DNA of 64,000 nt, from NCBI GenBank assembly GCA_046704285.1, contig JBJKSF010000076.1, positions 6,666 through 70,665 of the forward strand, written 5' to 3'. This stretch comes from Longimicrobiales bacterium (GTDB taxonomy: Bacteria > Gemmatimonadota > Gemmatimonadetes > Longimicrobiales > Gaopeijiaceae). Both the position numbers and the translations under genes were made by a program. The notes beneath the pieces were generated by a model that had not been told where the DNA came from, did not search any database, and worked only from the letters and a program-made list of their open reading frames with translations. Below, piece by piece: positions 9,524 to 18,508 of the stretch; position 1 is the stretch's first letter; every line of letters begins with the position of its first letter.

Positions 9524-10621
9524 CTAGCTCCGCGACGACTCCGGCGCGCGGGCCCTCGCGATGCGCCCGCCTCCCAGGACGCGCTCTCCGTCGAATACCA
9601 CGGCGGACTGGCCGGGGGTCACGGCGCGCTGCGGATCCAGGAGCTCGAGGACGAGCACGTCGCCGCCCGCCGTCACGACCCGGGCCGCGGCGTCCGGGGC
9701 CCGGTACCGGAGCTGCACCCGCACCTCCGCACCTCTTCCGGGGGGCTCGGAGAGCCAGTTCACCTCCGAGATCTCGACGCCGTCGGTGAGCAGCTCGTCC
9801 CGGGTCCCCACCACGACCTCGCGCGATGCCGGCCGGATCTCGAGCACGAAGAGCGCCTCCCCGAAGCCGCCTCCGAGACCCTTGCGCTGGCCGACGGTGA
9901 AGCCGGCGTATCCGTGGTGCTCGCCCAGCACGCGCCCGCCCCGGTCGACGATCTTACCCGGCAGGAGCGCGGGATGGACCGGTCCGAGCTTCTTGTTGAG
10001 GAGATCCCTGTAGTCACCGGTAGGTACGAAGCAGATCTCCTGGGACTCCGGCTTGTCGGCCGTGTCGAGCGAGAGGGTCCGCGCCCGCTCCCGTACCTCC
10101 GCCTTGGTCAACGCTCCGACGGGGAAGCGAAGCTTCGGGAGCATGTCGCCCGGAAGCCCCCACAGGAAGTACGCCTGGTCCTTGCGCCGGTCGACGCCGC
10201 GCAGGAGGGCCGAGCGCTCCGGGCCGTGCTCCACCCGGGCGTAGTGACCGGAGGCGATCGTGTCGCACCCCAGGAGGCGGCCGCGCCGGAGCAGGTCGCG
10301 GAACTTCGTGTTGGCGTTGCAGCGCACGCACGGGTTGGGTGTCCGGCCGTTCGCGTACTCGCCCACGAAGTCGTCGACGACGTCCCGGGTGAACTCCTCC
10401 TCCACGTCGAAGACGTAATGCGCAATGCCGAGCCTGTCCGCCACACGGCGAGCATCGGCGATGCCCTCCAGCCCGCAGCAGGTCCTGCCGTGCCCGGGGC
10501 TCTCCGAGTAGCAGAACGTCTTCATCGTGACGCCCACCACGTCGTGCCCCGCTTCGACGAGAAGCGCGGCGGCCACGGAGGAGTCCACGCCGCCCGACAT
10601 CGCGACCAGCACGCGGCTCAC
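9524..10621 (-). CDS. mnmA: tRNA 2-thiouridine(34) synthase MnmA
   Basis: PP-loop VAMSGGVDSSV, catalytic Cys context NPCVRCN and ATGHYAR-like SGHYAR. Its start overlaps the stop of the upstream cysteine desulfurase. Confidence 0.93.
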   Translation of the reverse strand: MSRVLVAMSGGVDSSVAAALLVEAGHDVVGVTMKTFCYSESPGHGRTCCGLEGIADARRVADRLGIAHYVFDVEEEFTRDVVDDFVGEYANGRTPNPCVRCNANTKFRDLLRRGRLLGCDTIASGHYARVEHGPERSALLRGVDRRKDQAYFLWGLPGDMLPKLRFPVGALTKAEVRERARTLSLDTADKPESQEICFVPTGDYRDLLNKKLGPVHPALLPGKIVDRGGRVLGEHHGYAGFTVGQRKGLGGGFGEALFVLEIRPASREVVVGTRDELLTDGVEISEVNWLSEPPGRGAEVRVQLRYRAPDAAARVVTAGGDVLVLELLDPQRAVTPGQSAVVFDGERVLGGGRIARARAPESSRS

Positions 10622-11775
10622 GCCCGGCCCGCGCCTCCGAGGCGCGCCAGCACGGTCACCATGGCATCCACCGCGCGGTCTACGTCCTCGACGGATGTGG
10701 TGCGTCCGAGCGAGAAGCGCACGGTCGCCGTTCGGTCGTCGCTACCGTACAACGCCCGGATCACGTGGCTCGCGCTCACGCTTCCGCTGCTGCAGGCCGA
10801 TCCGCCCGACGCGGCGATCCCGTCCAGGTCGAGGGCCGTGACGAGCGCCTGGCCGTCCACGCCCGGGACCCCCACGCTGGTGATGTGCGGCGCGCGAGGG
10901 CCCTCGCCCGCGTTGACGCGCAGCCCCGCCACACGAGCGCCGAGCCCGCCCTCGAGACGCTCGCGCAACACACGCAGGCGATCGGACTCGGCGTCCCGCT
11001 CCTCGACGGCCAGGCGAAGCGCGGTCGCGAGGCCCACCGCGCCCGCCACGTCCTGCGTGCCCGGACGGAGCCCGCCCTCCTGCCCGCCGCCGTGAAGCAG
11101 CGGCGCGAGCCGCAGGTCCGAGCGCACGTAGAGGACCCCGGTCCCCTTCGGCCCGTAGATCTTGTGTCCCGTGAGGGTGAGGAGGTCCACCGGCGTCTGG
11201 TCCACGCGCACCTCGACCTTGCCCACGGCCTGGACGGCGTCCGTGTGGAGGCATCCGCCGGCGGACCTGACGCGCTCCGCCATGGCGGGGACGGGAAGCA
11301 CGAGGCCTGTCTCGTTGTTGACCCACATGAGCGAGACGATGGCGGGGCCGTCGCGCAGGGCGGCGTCGAGGGCGTCCGTGTCGAGCGTTCCCTCACGGGA
11401 CACCGAGAGCTTCACGAGCCTTCCCGCCCCGCTTCCGGCGGCCTGCTCGGCAGCCTCCAGGACCGCCTTGTGCTCGACGGCGCTCACGACCACCGTGGGC
11501 GATCCGCCCTCGTACCGGATCCAGGCGGCGCGACCCGCTACGGCGAGGTTGTCGGACTCCGTGCCCCCGCGCACGAAGTGGATCTCGCCGGCCCGCGCGC
11601 CGAGCGCGGCCGCGACCTGCGCGCGTGCGCCCTCGAGCGCGGCGGACGCCTCACGACCCCAGCGGTGGACGCTCGAGGGGTTGCCGAACCGCTCGGTGAG
11701 GTAGGGCGCCATGGAGCTCCGCACCTCCTCCCTCATCGGAGTCGTGGCGGCGTGGTCGAGGTAGACGGCGTCCAT
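10618..11775 (-). CDS. Cysteine desulfurase (NifS/IscS class V aminotransferase family)
   Basis: VYLDHAATTP, PLP-lysine context LTLTGHKIYGPKG and catalytic Cys loop SGGSACSSGS. The internal ATG at 11775 was chosen over the longer ORF. Confidence 0.9.
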   Translation of the reverse strand: MDAVYLDHAATTPMREEVRSSMAPYLTERFGNPSSVHRWGREASAALEGARAQVAAALGARAGEIHFVRGGTESDNLAVAGRAAWIRYEGGSPTVVVSAVEHKAVLEAAEQAAGSGAGRLVKLSVSREGTLDTDALDAALRDGPAIVSLMWVNNETGLVLPVPAMAERVRSAGGCLHTDAVQAVGKVEVRVDQTPVDLLTLTGHKIYGPKGTGVLYVRSDLRLAPLLHGGGQEGGLRPGTQDVAGAVGLATALRLAVEERDAESDRLRVLRERLEGGLGARVAGLRVNAGEGPRAPHITSVGVPGVDGQALVTALDLDGIAASGGSACSSGSVSASHVIRALYGSDDRTATVRFSLGRTTSVEDVDRAVDAMVTVLARLGGAGRA

Positions 11776-11885
11776 GGCGGATCGATTTCCCGGATGCGGG
11801 GAGGCCCGTAACTTAACCCCAACGGATCGTCGTGGCTCGACCCCACGGCGGATCTCTCGTTCCGCAGCTCCTCCTCCGGAGGGCC

Positions 11886-12224
11886 ATGATCGCCGCGCCG
11901 CCACCCTTTCCCGAGGGCCGACCGCCCTGCTTCCGCTCGACGGTCCACGGAACGGTCTTCGCGGGCCGCGACCGTCACCTCGAGAGCGTGGGTGAAGGCG
12001 ATGCGCTCCGGCTCGTGGCGGATCCGCCGGGTCAGGACGATCCGGAGGTCTGGGTGCACCTCACCTCCGGGGAGCCGATCGGCCACCTCCCTCCGGAGAT
12101 CTGCAGCTGGCTCTGGCCCTGGATCCGGAGTGGCGGGGTCGCCGAGGCCCGCGCGCTGCGGGTGGGCGGTGCCGACGTGCCCTCGTGGCGGCGGGTGGTG
12201 CTCGAGGTGTCCTGCCGGACGTGA
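11886..12224 (+). CDS. Stand-alone HIRAN-like domain protein (tentative)
   Basis: The pattern VHGTVFAGR..VGEGDALRLVADPPGQDDPEVWVHLTSGEPIGHLPPE resembles the HIRAN consensus (G..y....v..Ge.l.L.rep.N..D.nAi.v....g..iG.lp). Recognised by eye only, and the start is uncertain (GTG 11832 or ATG 11886). Confidence 0.45.
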   Translation: MIAAPPPFPEGRPPCFRSTVHGTVFAGRDRHLESVGEGDALRLVADPPGQDDPEVWVHLTSGEPIGHLPPEICSWLWPWIRSGGVAEARALRVGGADVPSWRRVVLEVSCRT

Positions 12225-12260
12225 GCGTGCCGGTCTCTACGGCGGCGCGCGGCCCGACGG

Positions 12261-13010
12261 TCAGAACGTCGACACGGTCAGGTCCGTGAGGTTCTCGACC
12301 GCCAGCGTCTCGTCCGCGCGGTAGGGCTCCCCGTAGGCGACCCGGATGAGCGAGCCGTAGTGCGCCGCCTGCACCCGGATCTGCTCCATGAGCGGCCGAT
12401 CCCCCCCGGGGAAGACCTCGCCGGCCTGCGAGAGCCCCGGAAACTGCGACGCATAGGCCGAGACGGCGTCGATCTTGCGGTCCATCTGGGCGGTGATGTC
12501 CACGACGAAGTCGGGCCGACCCGCGCTCTCGCGGAACGCGGTCGCGTAGACGAGCTTCCGGGGACGGAACGGATCGCCGTCCGCGTCCAGGTTCTTCAGG
12601 CCCGCGAGGAAGCACGCGTCGCGCACGAGCTCGGACGCGATGCGGTGGTCCCGGTGGCGCCCCACCTTCCAGTGCGTCACGACCACCGCAGGGCGGAGCG
12701 CGCGCAGGTGCTCGACCAGGGTCCGCCGCGAGGGCTCGTCGTTCTCGATGCGGGAGTCGGGCAGCCCCGCGCAGCGCCGCACCGACAGGCCCATGATCCG
12801 GGCCGCCGCGGCCGCCTCCCGCGCCCTCGTCTCCGCGGATCCGCGCGTCCCGCTCTCTCCCGCGGTGAGGTCGAGCACGCCGACGCGTCGGCCGGTCTCG
12901 GCCGCCTTGAGGAGCGCCCCGCCGCAAAGCAGCTCGGCATCGTCCGGGTGGGCCATGACGGCCAGGAGGTCCAGGTTCGTAGCTTCGCCCACGTTGGTCT
13001 CCGGTCTCAT
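12261..13010 (-). CDS. bshB1: PIG-L/LmbE family deacetylase, bacillithiol-type (BshB1/Bca-like)
   Basis: LDLLAVMAHPDDAELLCGG, VLDLTAGESGTRGS..R..EA..AARIMG and HRDH. Its start codon lies 1 nt after the stop of the upstream permease gene. Confidence 0.8.
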   Translation of the reverse strand: MRPETNVGEATNLDLLAVMAHPDDAELLCGGALLKAAETGRRVGVLDLTAGESGTRGSAETRAREAAAAARIMGLSVRRCAGLPDSRIENDEPSRRTLVEHLRALRPAVVVTHWKVGRHRDHRIASELVRDACFLAGLKNLDADGDPFRPRKLVYATAFRESAGRPDFVVDITAQMDRKIDAVSAYASQFPGLSQAGEVFPGGDRPLMEQIRVQAAHYGSLIRVAYGEPYRADETLAVENLTDLTVSTF

Positions 13011-13011
13011 G

Positions 13012-14298
13012 TCATTCGTGGCGCAGGGCCACCACGGGCTGGAGCCTGCTGGCCTGGTAGGCCGGGAGCAGCCCGAAGAGCATGCCGGTCAGGGCCGCCA
13101 TGGCCAGTGCCGCCCCGACGGACCACAGTGGGATGCGCGCGGGCAGGGGGGTCAAGGCCGCGACCGCCGTGGCGAGGACCCACCCACCCAGCATGCCGAT
13201 GGCGGCTCCCATGGCGGTGAGCACCGAGGCCTCGACCAGGAACTGCCAGAGGATCTCCCTCTGGGTCGCTCCCACCGCCTTGCGGATCCCGATCTCGCGC
13301 GTGCGCTCCGTCACGGAGATCATCATGATGCCGATGACCCCCACGCCGCCCACGAGCAGTCCCGCGGAGGACAGGGCGAGCATCACGAGGAAGAACGCGC
13401 CGGTCAGGCGGTTGAACAGGTCCAGGATCTGCGCCGACGACATGAGCGAGAAGTTGTTCTCCTTCCTGGGACCGAGCCCCCGCATCGTGCGCAGCGCCGT
13501 GATCACCTGGTCCTTCGCGTCGTCCATGCTGACCGAGTCCTTCGGGACCACGTAGATGTTCGCCTGCCACGCCGACGCCCGTAGCCGGTCCCGCGCGGAC
13601 GAGTAGGGGAAGACCGCCCAGTACTTCACTGCGTTCGTGAAGATGTTCGGTGCGGGCTTGAAGACGCCCAGGACCGTGAATGCCGCCACCGTGCCGTTCG
13701 ACGTGTTGGCCACCTGGATCCGGCGGCCCAGCGGGTCGAGCTGCCCGAAGAGCTGCGCGGCGAGTTGGTCGGAGACGATGACGACCGGGCGATCCTCCCG
13801 TACCTCGCCCGGCGTGAAGTCGCGCCCCGCGACGAAGTCTCCTCGTTGGTACGCGGCCCAACCGGAGGACTCGCCGTTCACGTTCACTCCCTTGACCTGA
13901 TGGCTCTGGTAGGCGAAGTCGGCCTGGAAGCTGAAGGCGTACAGCGCATCCTGGATCCCGGGGAGGGCGGCGATGCGCTGGGCCTCCGCCGGCTCGATCT
14001 GGGGCTTGTTCCACCAGGGCGGCCGGCCTCCTGGCCCCACCTGCGTGCGGACGGCGGTGAAGTCGAAGCGCGCCACGATGAAGTTGTTGGGCCCCGCCGA
14101 CTCGAACGCCGACATCACGCTCGAGCGGATGCCGGTGATCACCGCGGCGATCACCACGACGACCGTCACCCCCACCGTCACGCCCAGGATCGTCAGGGAC
14201 GAGCGCAGCCAGTTCGTCCGCACCGCGTCCCACGCGATCCGGAGCCCCTCGACGAGCACCTGTAGATTGGAGGCGTGCTCCCGAGCCCGCTCACTCAT
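13012..14298 (-). CDS. ABC transporter permease, MacB/FtsX family with periplasmic core domain
   Basis: One N-terminal TM helix, a ~230-aa periplasmic domain, then a C-terminal FtsX 3-TM bundle (ERTREIGIRKAVGATQREI). Confidence 0.88.
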   Translation of the reverse strand: MSERAREHASNLQVLVEGLRIAWDAVRTNWLRSSLTILGVTVGVTVVVVIAAVITGIRSSVMSAFESAGPNNFIVARFDFTAVRTQVGPGGRPPWWNKPQIEPAEAQRIAALPGIQDALYAFSFQADFAYQSHQVKGVNVNGESSGWAAYQRGDFVAGRDFTPGEVREDRPVVIVSDQLAAQLFGQLDPLGRRIQVANTSNGTVAAFTVLGVFKPAPNIFTNAVKYWAVFPYSSARDRLRASAWQANIYVVPKDSVSMDDAKDQVITALRTMRGLGPRKENNFSLMSSAQILDLFNRLTGAFFLVMLALSSAGLLVGGVGVIGIMMISVTERTREIGIRKAVGATQREILWQFLVEASVLTAMGAAIGMLGGWVLATAVAALTPLPARIPLWSVGAALAMAALTGMLFGLLPAYQASRLQPVVALRHE

Positions 14299-15532
14299 AC
14301 CGGAGCGCCTCCACCGGGTCCATCTTGGAGGCGCGTGCCGCGGGGTAGACGCCGGCCAGGACTCCCACGGTGAGGCCCAGCCCCACCCCGAGGGCGCTCC
14401 AGCCGACGCTCACCGCGGCGGGGATGGGCGAGACCGCCGATACGATTCCGGCGATCGCGAGGCCCGCCGCGACCCCGAGCATGGCCCCCACCGTGGACAG
14501 GGTCGCCGACTCGATCAGCACCTGCGTCAGGATGTCGCGCCGCCGCGCGCCGATCGCCTTGCGCACACCGATCTCGCGGGTCCGCTCCATGACCGACACC
14601 AGCATGATGTTCATGATCACGATGCCGCCCACCACGAGGGAGATCGCCACCAGTCCGGGAAGCGCCGTGAAGAGGATGCGCGAGATCTTGTTCCAGAAGG
14701 AGATCGCCTGCTCGGCCGTCTGCAGTGAGAAGTCGTCCGGCTGCGCCGGGCGCAGCCCATGGCGGGTGCGCATGATGCCCTCGATCTGGTCCTCCGCGTC
14801 GGTGAGCTGATCCGGGTTGATCGTCTGCACCACCACGTCGTCCACGACGCCGTGCGGGTTGGTGACGTTCTGGATCGGGGAGCGGGCGGGCGCGATCGCC
14901 AGGTTGTCGAGCGACTGGCCGAAGAGTGAGCCCCGCTTCTCGAGGACGCCTATCACGCGGTAGGGAAAGCCGCGGATGCGCAGCGTGTGCCCGATGGGGT
15001 CGAGGTCCTGGAAGACGGCGGTGGCGGTCTGGGCGCCGATGACCACGACGGGCATGCCCGCCTGGGCCTCCTGCGGCGTGAAGATGCGGCCTCGGGCGAT
15101 CTTCAGGTCGCGGATGTGGAAGATCTCGGGCGAGGCGCCCTCGACCATCACCCCGGTGACCGACCGCCCGTTGTCGCCCTCCGCGCTGGCGGACGTCGCG
15201 CTTTCCACGGCCACGCGCGCCGGCACCGTGAGCTGGGCCCGGATCGCCTCGGCGTCGGCATACGTGATGGTCGGCCGGCGCAGGCGGGCGCGCCACTCCT
15301 CCTCGTTCACGTTGACGTTCACCTCGGGCCAGCGGCTGAGCGTGACCGTGCTCACGCCGAACACCTCGGCCGTGAAGTCCTCGCGCACGTAGCGGTCCAG
15401 CCCCTCCACGACCGTGACGACGACGATGAGGAACATGACGCCCATGATCACGCCCAGGAGGCTGAAGAAGGACTTCAGCTTCTGGCTGCGGATCTGCGTC
15501 ATCGCGAGGACGACGCCCTCCCAGAATTGCAT
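14291..15532 (-). CDS. ABC transporter permease, MacB/FtsX family with periplasmic core domain
   Basis: A paralogue of the neighbouring permease (ERTREIGVRKAIGARRRDI). It overlaps that gene by 8 nt. Confidence 0.88.
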   Translation of the reverse strand: MQFWEGVVLAMTQIRSQKLKSFFSLLGVIMGVMFLIVVVTVVEGLDRYVREDFTAEVFGVSTVTLSRWPEVNVNVNEEEWRARLRRPTITYADAEAIRAQLTVPARVAVESATSASAEGDNGRSVTGVMVEGASPEIFHIRDLKIARGRIFTPQEAQAGMPVVVIGAQTATAVFQDLDPIGHTLRIRGFPYRVIGVLEKRGSLFGQSLDNLAIAPARSPIQNVTNPHGVVDDVVVQTINPDQLTDAEDQIEGIMRTRHGLRPAQPDDFSLQTAEQAISFWNKISRILFTALPGLVAISLVVGGIVIMNIMLVSVMERTREIGVRKAIGARRRDILTQVLIESATLSTVGAMLGVAAGLAIAGIVSAVSPIPAAVSVGWSALGVGLGLTVGVLAGVYPAARASKMDPVEALRYE

Positions 15533-15556
15533 CGCTCGCCGCTCCGCGCCTCTGGG

Positions 15557-16822
15557 TCAGGCGCCCGCGGCCGCACCGGCCGCGGCGGGCTCCACCAGAC
15601 GCTTCACGGCGTCGCCGTTCTTGAGCAGCCGGATCTTCTCGTACGGTCCCGAGACGACCGTGTCGCCCTGGGCGAGGCCCGAGACGATCTCGAAGTAGTC
15701 CTGGCCGGTGATGCCCACCTTCACGGGCTGGAACTTCACCTTCCCGGCGTGGACCACGTACACGCCCTCGACGTCGTTCGCCGCCGCCCCCGCTCCGATC
15801 TGGGCCGAGTCGGCGTTCAGGGAGTCGGTGCGCTCCCTCACGGCCAGCGCGATGATCGGAACCGCCAGCACGTGATTCCGGCGCGCGGTCACGATGTCGG
15901 CCGTCGCCGACAGGTCCGGGCGCAGCGGCGCGTTCGTCGAGTCCAGGCGGACGACCACGTAGAAGTCGATGGCCGCCTGCTGGCCGGCTGCCTGCTGCGA
16001 GGGCGGCTGGATCGCGGAGTTTCCGATCTCGGTGACCTTTCCCGTGAACACCCGGTTGGGAAACGCATCGATGTGCACGACCGCGCTGTCGCCCAGGGCG
16101 AGCTTGGGCACGTCGGTCTCGTCCACCTGGACCTTGGCCTCCATGACCGAGAGATCCGAGATCGTCAGGATGAGGCTTCCCGCGTTGTTCATCGTACCGA
16201 TGATCACCGTCTCGCCCTGGGAGACGTTGAGCCGGGTCACGGTCCCGGAGATCGGCGCCCGGATCACGGTCTTGGAGAGCATGTCCTGGGACTCGGCGAG
16301 GGACGCCTGCGCCTGCGACACCCCGAACCGCGCGGCCTGCAGGTTCGCCCTGTCCACCTCCAACGTCGTGCGCGCGTCGTCGATCTGCTGGGGGCTCACC
16401 AGCAGGGAGTCCCGACCCTTGATCTTCAGCAGGCGGTCGAGGTTGCGCTGGGCGCTGACCAGGTTCGCCTCCTGCTGTGCCTCCTGGGCCCGGCTCTGCG
16501 ACAGGGCCGCCGCGGAGCGCTCGCGGGCGGCCTCCGACTGGGCCGGATCGAGGCGCAGCAGGACCTGTCCGGCGTGCACCGCATCGCCCTCCTTGACCAG
16601 CACGGTGTCCACCTTGGCGGAGATGTCCGAGCTGATGTCCACCTTCCGATGAGCCTCGATGTTCCCGCTGGCCGTGACCACCTGGACCAGGTCGCGACGG
16701 TTCACCTCCGCCATCCGCACCGCGATCCCCTGGTTGCGCGCATGGGCAATGCTCAGCGCCGCCGCGGAGCCGAGCACGGCCACTGCGAGGACTCCCACGA
16801 GAACCTTCGTCCGCGTCTGCAT
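15557..16822 (-). CDS. Efflux periplasmic adaptor subunit (HlyD/MacA membrane-fusion protein family)
   Basis: An N-terminal anchor, a lipoyl/coiled-coil region (ISAKVDTVLVKEGDAVHAGQVLLRLD, followed by a long Q/A-rich hairpin), and beta-barrel segments. Confidence 0.88.
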   Translation of the reverse strand: MQTRTKVLVGVLAVAVLGSAAALSIAHARNQGIAVRMAEVNRRDLVQVVTASGNIEAHRKVDISSDISAKVDTVLVKEGDAVHAGQVLLRLDPAQSEAARERSAAALSQSRAQEAQQEANLVSAQRNLDRLLKIKGRDSLLVSPQQIDDARTTLEVDRANLQAARFGVSQAQASLAESQDMLSKTVIRAPISGTVTRLNVSQGETVIIGTMNNAGSLILTISDLSVMEAKVQVDETDVPKLALGDSAVVHIDAFPNRVFTGKVTEIGNSAIQPPSQQAAGQQAAIDFYVVVRLDSTNAPLRPDLSATADIVTARRNHVLAVPIIALAVRERTDSLNADSAQIGAGAAANDVEGVYVVHAGKVKFQPVKVGITGQDYFEIVSGLAQGDTVVSGPYEKIRLLKNGDAVKRLVEPAAAGAAAGA

Positions 16823-16847
16823 CTTGGAGCCGTTACCTTGCTGGTCG

Positions 16848-18341
16848 TCAGTTTCGGAGGGAGCCGCCCACGAGCGTCTCCAGGCTGGTCACCGCGTCGT
16901 GATAGGAGTACACGGCGGATAGCCTGTCGCTATTCGCCTGCGTCTCCACGGTCTCCGCGTTCACGAGGTCCACGAACGTGATCGATCCTACCTCGTACTG
17001 CTCGCGCGCCAGGCGGAGCTGCTCCTCGGCGAGCTTCTGGTTGCGCTCCTCGAGCAGCGCGCTCTGGTACGCTGCCTTGACGTTCGCCAGGTCCACCGCG
17101 AGGTCCGCGCGCAGCGCGATCTCCTGCTGGCGAACCTGTTGGTCCGCGTCCTGCCTCTGGAGCTCCGCCGCCTCCAGGCTGCGCTGCCGGGTGAGCCCTT
17201 GGAAGATCGGAATGCTCACGCCCACGCTGACCGTGAGGGGGGAGTTCTGGAACCTGAACGGAAACTGATTGTTGTGGTTGATGATGGCCTGACGCTGGGC
17301 GTCCGTGAAGGCGAACTGCGAACAGTCCATGGGGGGCAACGGCTCGGCCAGGCGGGCGTAGATGTTGTTGGTGGCCACGCACTGCGCCACCTCCTGCTGG
17401 ACGGCCGCCTGGGCCTGGGCCACCTCGAAGTTCGTATTGCTCGCCTCCTGGGTGAAGCCGGAGAGCCCCATGCTGATCGACAGGGTAGGGTAGTACGCGG
17501 AGCGGGCGGAGCTCACCCCGATCGCGGCGGCCTTCCGGGCGGAGAGGCGGGCCTCCAGCGTGGGGTTCTGCCGTACGGCTCGGGCGTAGAGCTCGTCCAG
17601 CGTCCAGGTGGGCTGGGTCAGCTCGAACTGCGTCGTGAGCGTGATGTCGCGGTCACCGGACACGCCCATCTGCTGCAGGAGGCGGAGGCGCGCCGTCTCG
17701 AGGGCGGTCTGGGCCTGGAGGAGGGAGACGCTGTCGCGGCCGAGCTGCACCTGAGCCTGCCCCACGTCGATGGTCGTGGCCGAGCCCACCGCCTGCCGAC
17801 CCTCGGCGAGGCGGAGGTTGAGCTGTGAGTTGGCGACCTGCTGCCGGGCCAGGGCGACGGCCTCCTGCTCGCGCAGCATCTGGACGTACGCGTTCGTGAC
17901 CTGCGAGACCATGGTTCCCTCGGCCTCCCGGGTGTTCGCGATCGTCGTGCGGCGGTTGGCGTTCGCCTGGGCCGGACCGAGGATCTTCGCCCAGCTCAGG
18001 CTGTAGTTGACCGAGAGGTCGTAGCTCGACATGTAGTACGAGGGCAGGCCGCCGAAGCCGAGCTGGCTCAGCGTGAGCGCGCCGAACTGCTGATTGCCTG
18101 AACCCTGCCACGCGGCCGAGCCACCCACGGAGGCGCCCGGCAGGAGCTGACCCCAGGCCTGCCGCACGTCCCAGTTCGAGAGCTCCGGGTCGTTCGCCGC
18201 CTGCAGGTATGTCGGGTTCTCGTGGCGCGCGATCGCGAGCGCCTCGTCCAGCGTCAGGCGGGCGGGCACAGTCTCCTGGGCGCCGGCTCCGGACGCGGCG
18301 AGCACCGCTCCAAGGGCCAGCGTGAACACTCGCATCCTCAT
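16848..18341 (-). CDS. TolC family outer-membrane efflux protein
   Basis: Signal peptide MRMRVFTLALGAVLAASGAGAQE, LTLDEALAIA, and two tandem TolC repeats with coiled-coil segments. Internal start chosen. Confidence 0.88.
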   Translation of the reverse strand: MRMRVFTLALGAVLAASGAGAQETVPARLTLDEALAIARHENPTYLQAANDPELSNWDVRQAWGQLLPGASVGGSAAWQGSGNQQFGALTLSQLGFGGLPSYYMSSYDLSVNYSLSWAKILGPAQANANRRTTIANTREAEGTMVSQVTNAYVQMLREQEAVALARQQVANSQLNLRLAEGRQAVGSATTIDVGQAQVQLGRDSVSLLQAQTALETARLRLLQQMGVSGDRDITLTTQFELTQPTWTLDELYARAVRQNPTLEARLSARKAAAIGVSSARSAYYPTLSISMGLSGFTQEASNTNFEVAQAQAAVQQEVAQCVATNNIYARLAEPLPPMDCSQFAFTDAQRQAIINHNNQFPFRFQNSPLTVSVGVSIPIFQGLTRQRSLEAAELQRQDADQQVRQQEIALRADLAVDLANVKAAYQSALLEERNQKLAEEQLRLAREQYEVGSITFVDLVNAETVETQANSDRLSAVYSYHDAVTSLETLVGGSLRN

Positions 18342-18508
18342 CCTCGAGAGCTCCCTGCTGATGTGCGTGGGAAGGTCGGGTGGGGCATCCGGCCATACGG
18401 TGGAGGGCGTCGCCGGGTTTCGACGAGAGCCGCCGCGGAGGCGCGCACCCATCGTGGAACAGTACGGGGCGCCGCCGCGCGTCCTTCATCCGCGACGGCT
18501 CCGGGCTC

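Noticed and set aside
14987-16981. 664-aa plus-strand ORF opposite the permease and adaptor genes
   Set aside because: It is a shadow ORF. The minus-strand frames show FtsX and HlyD family features.
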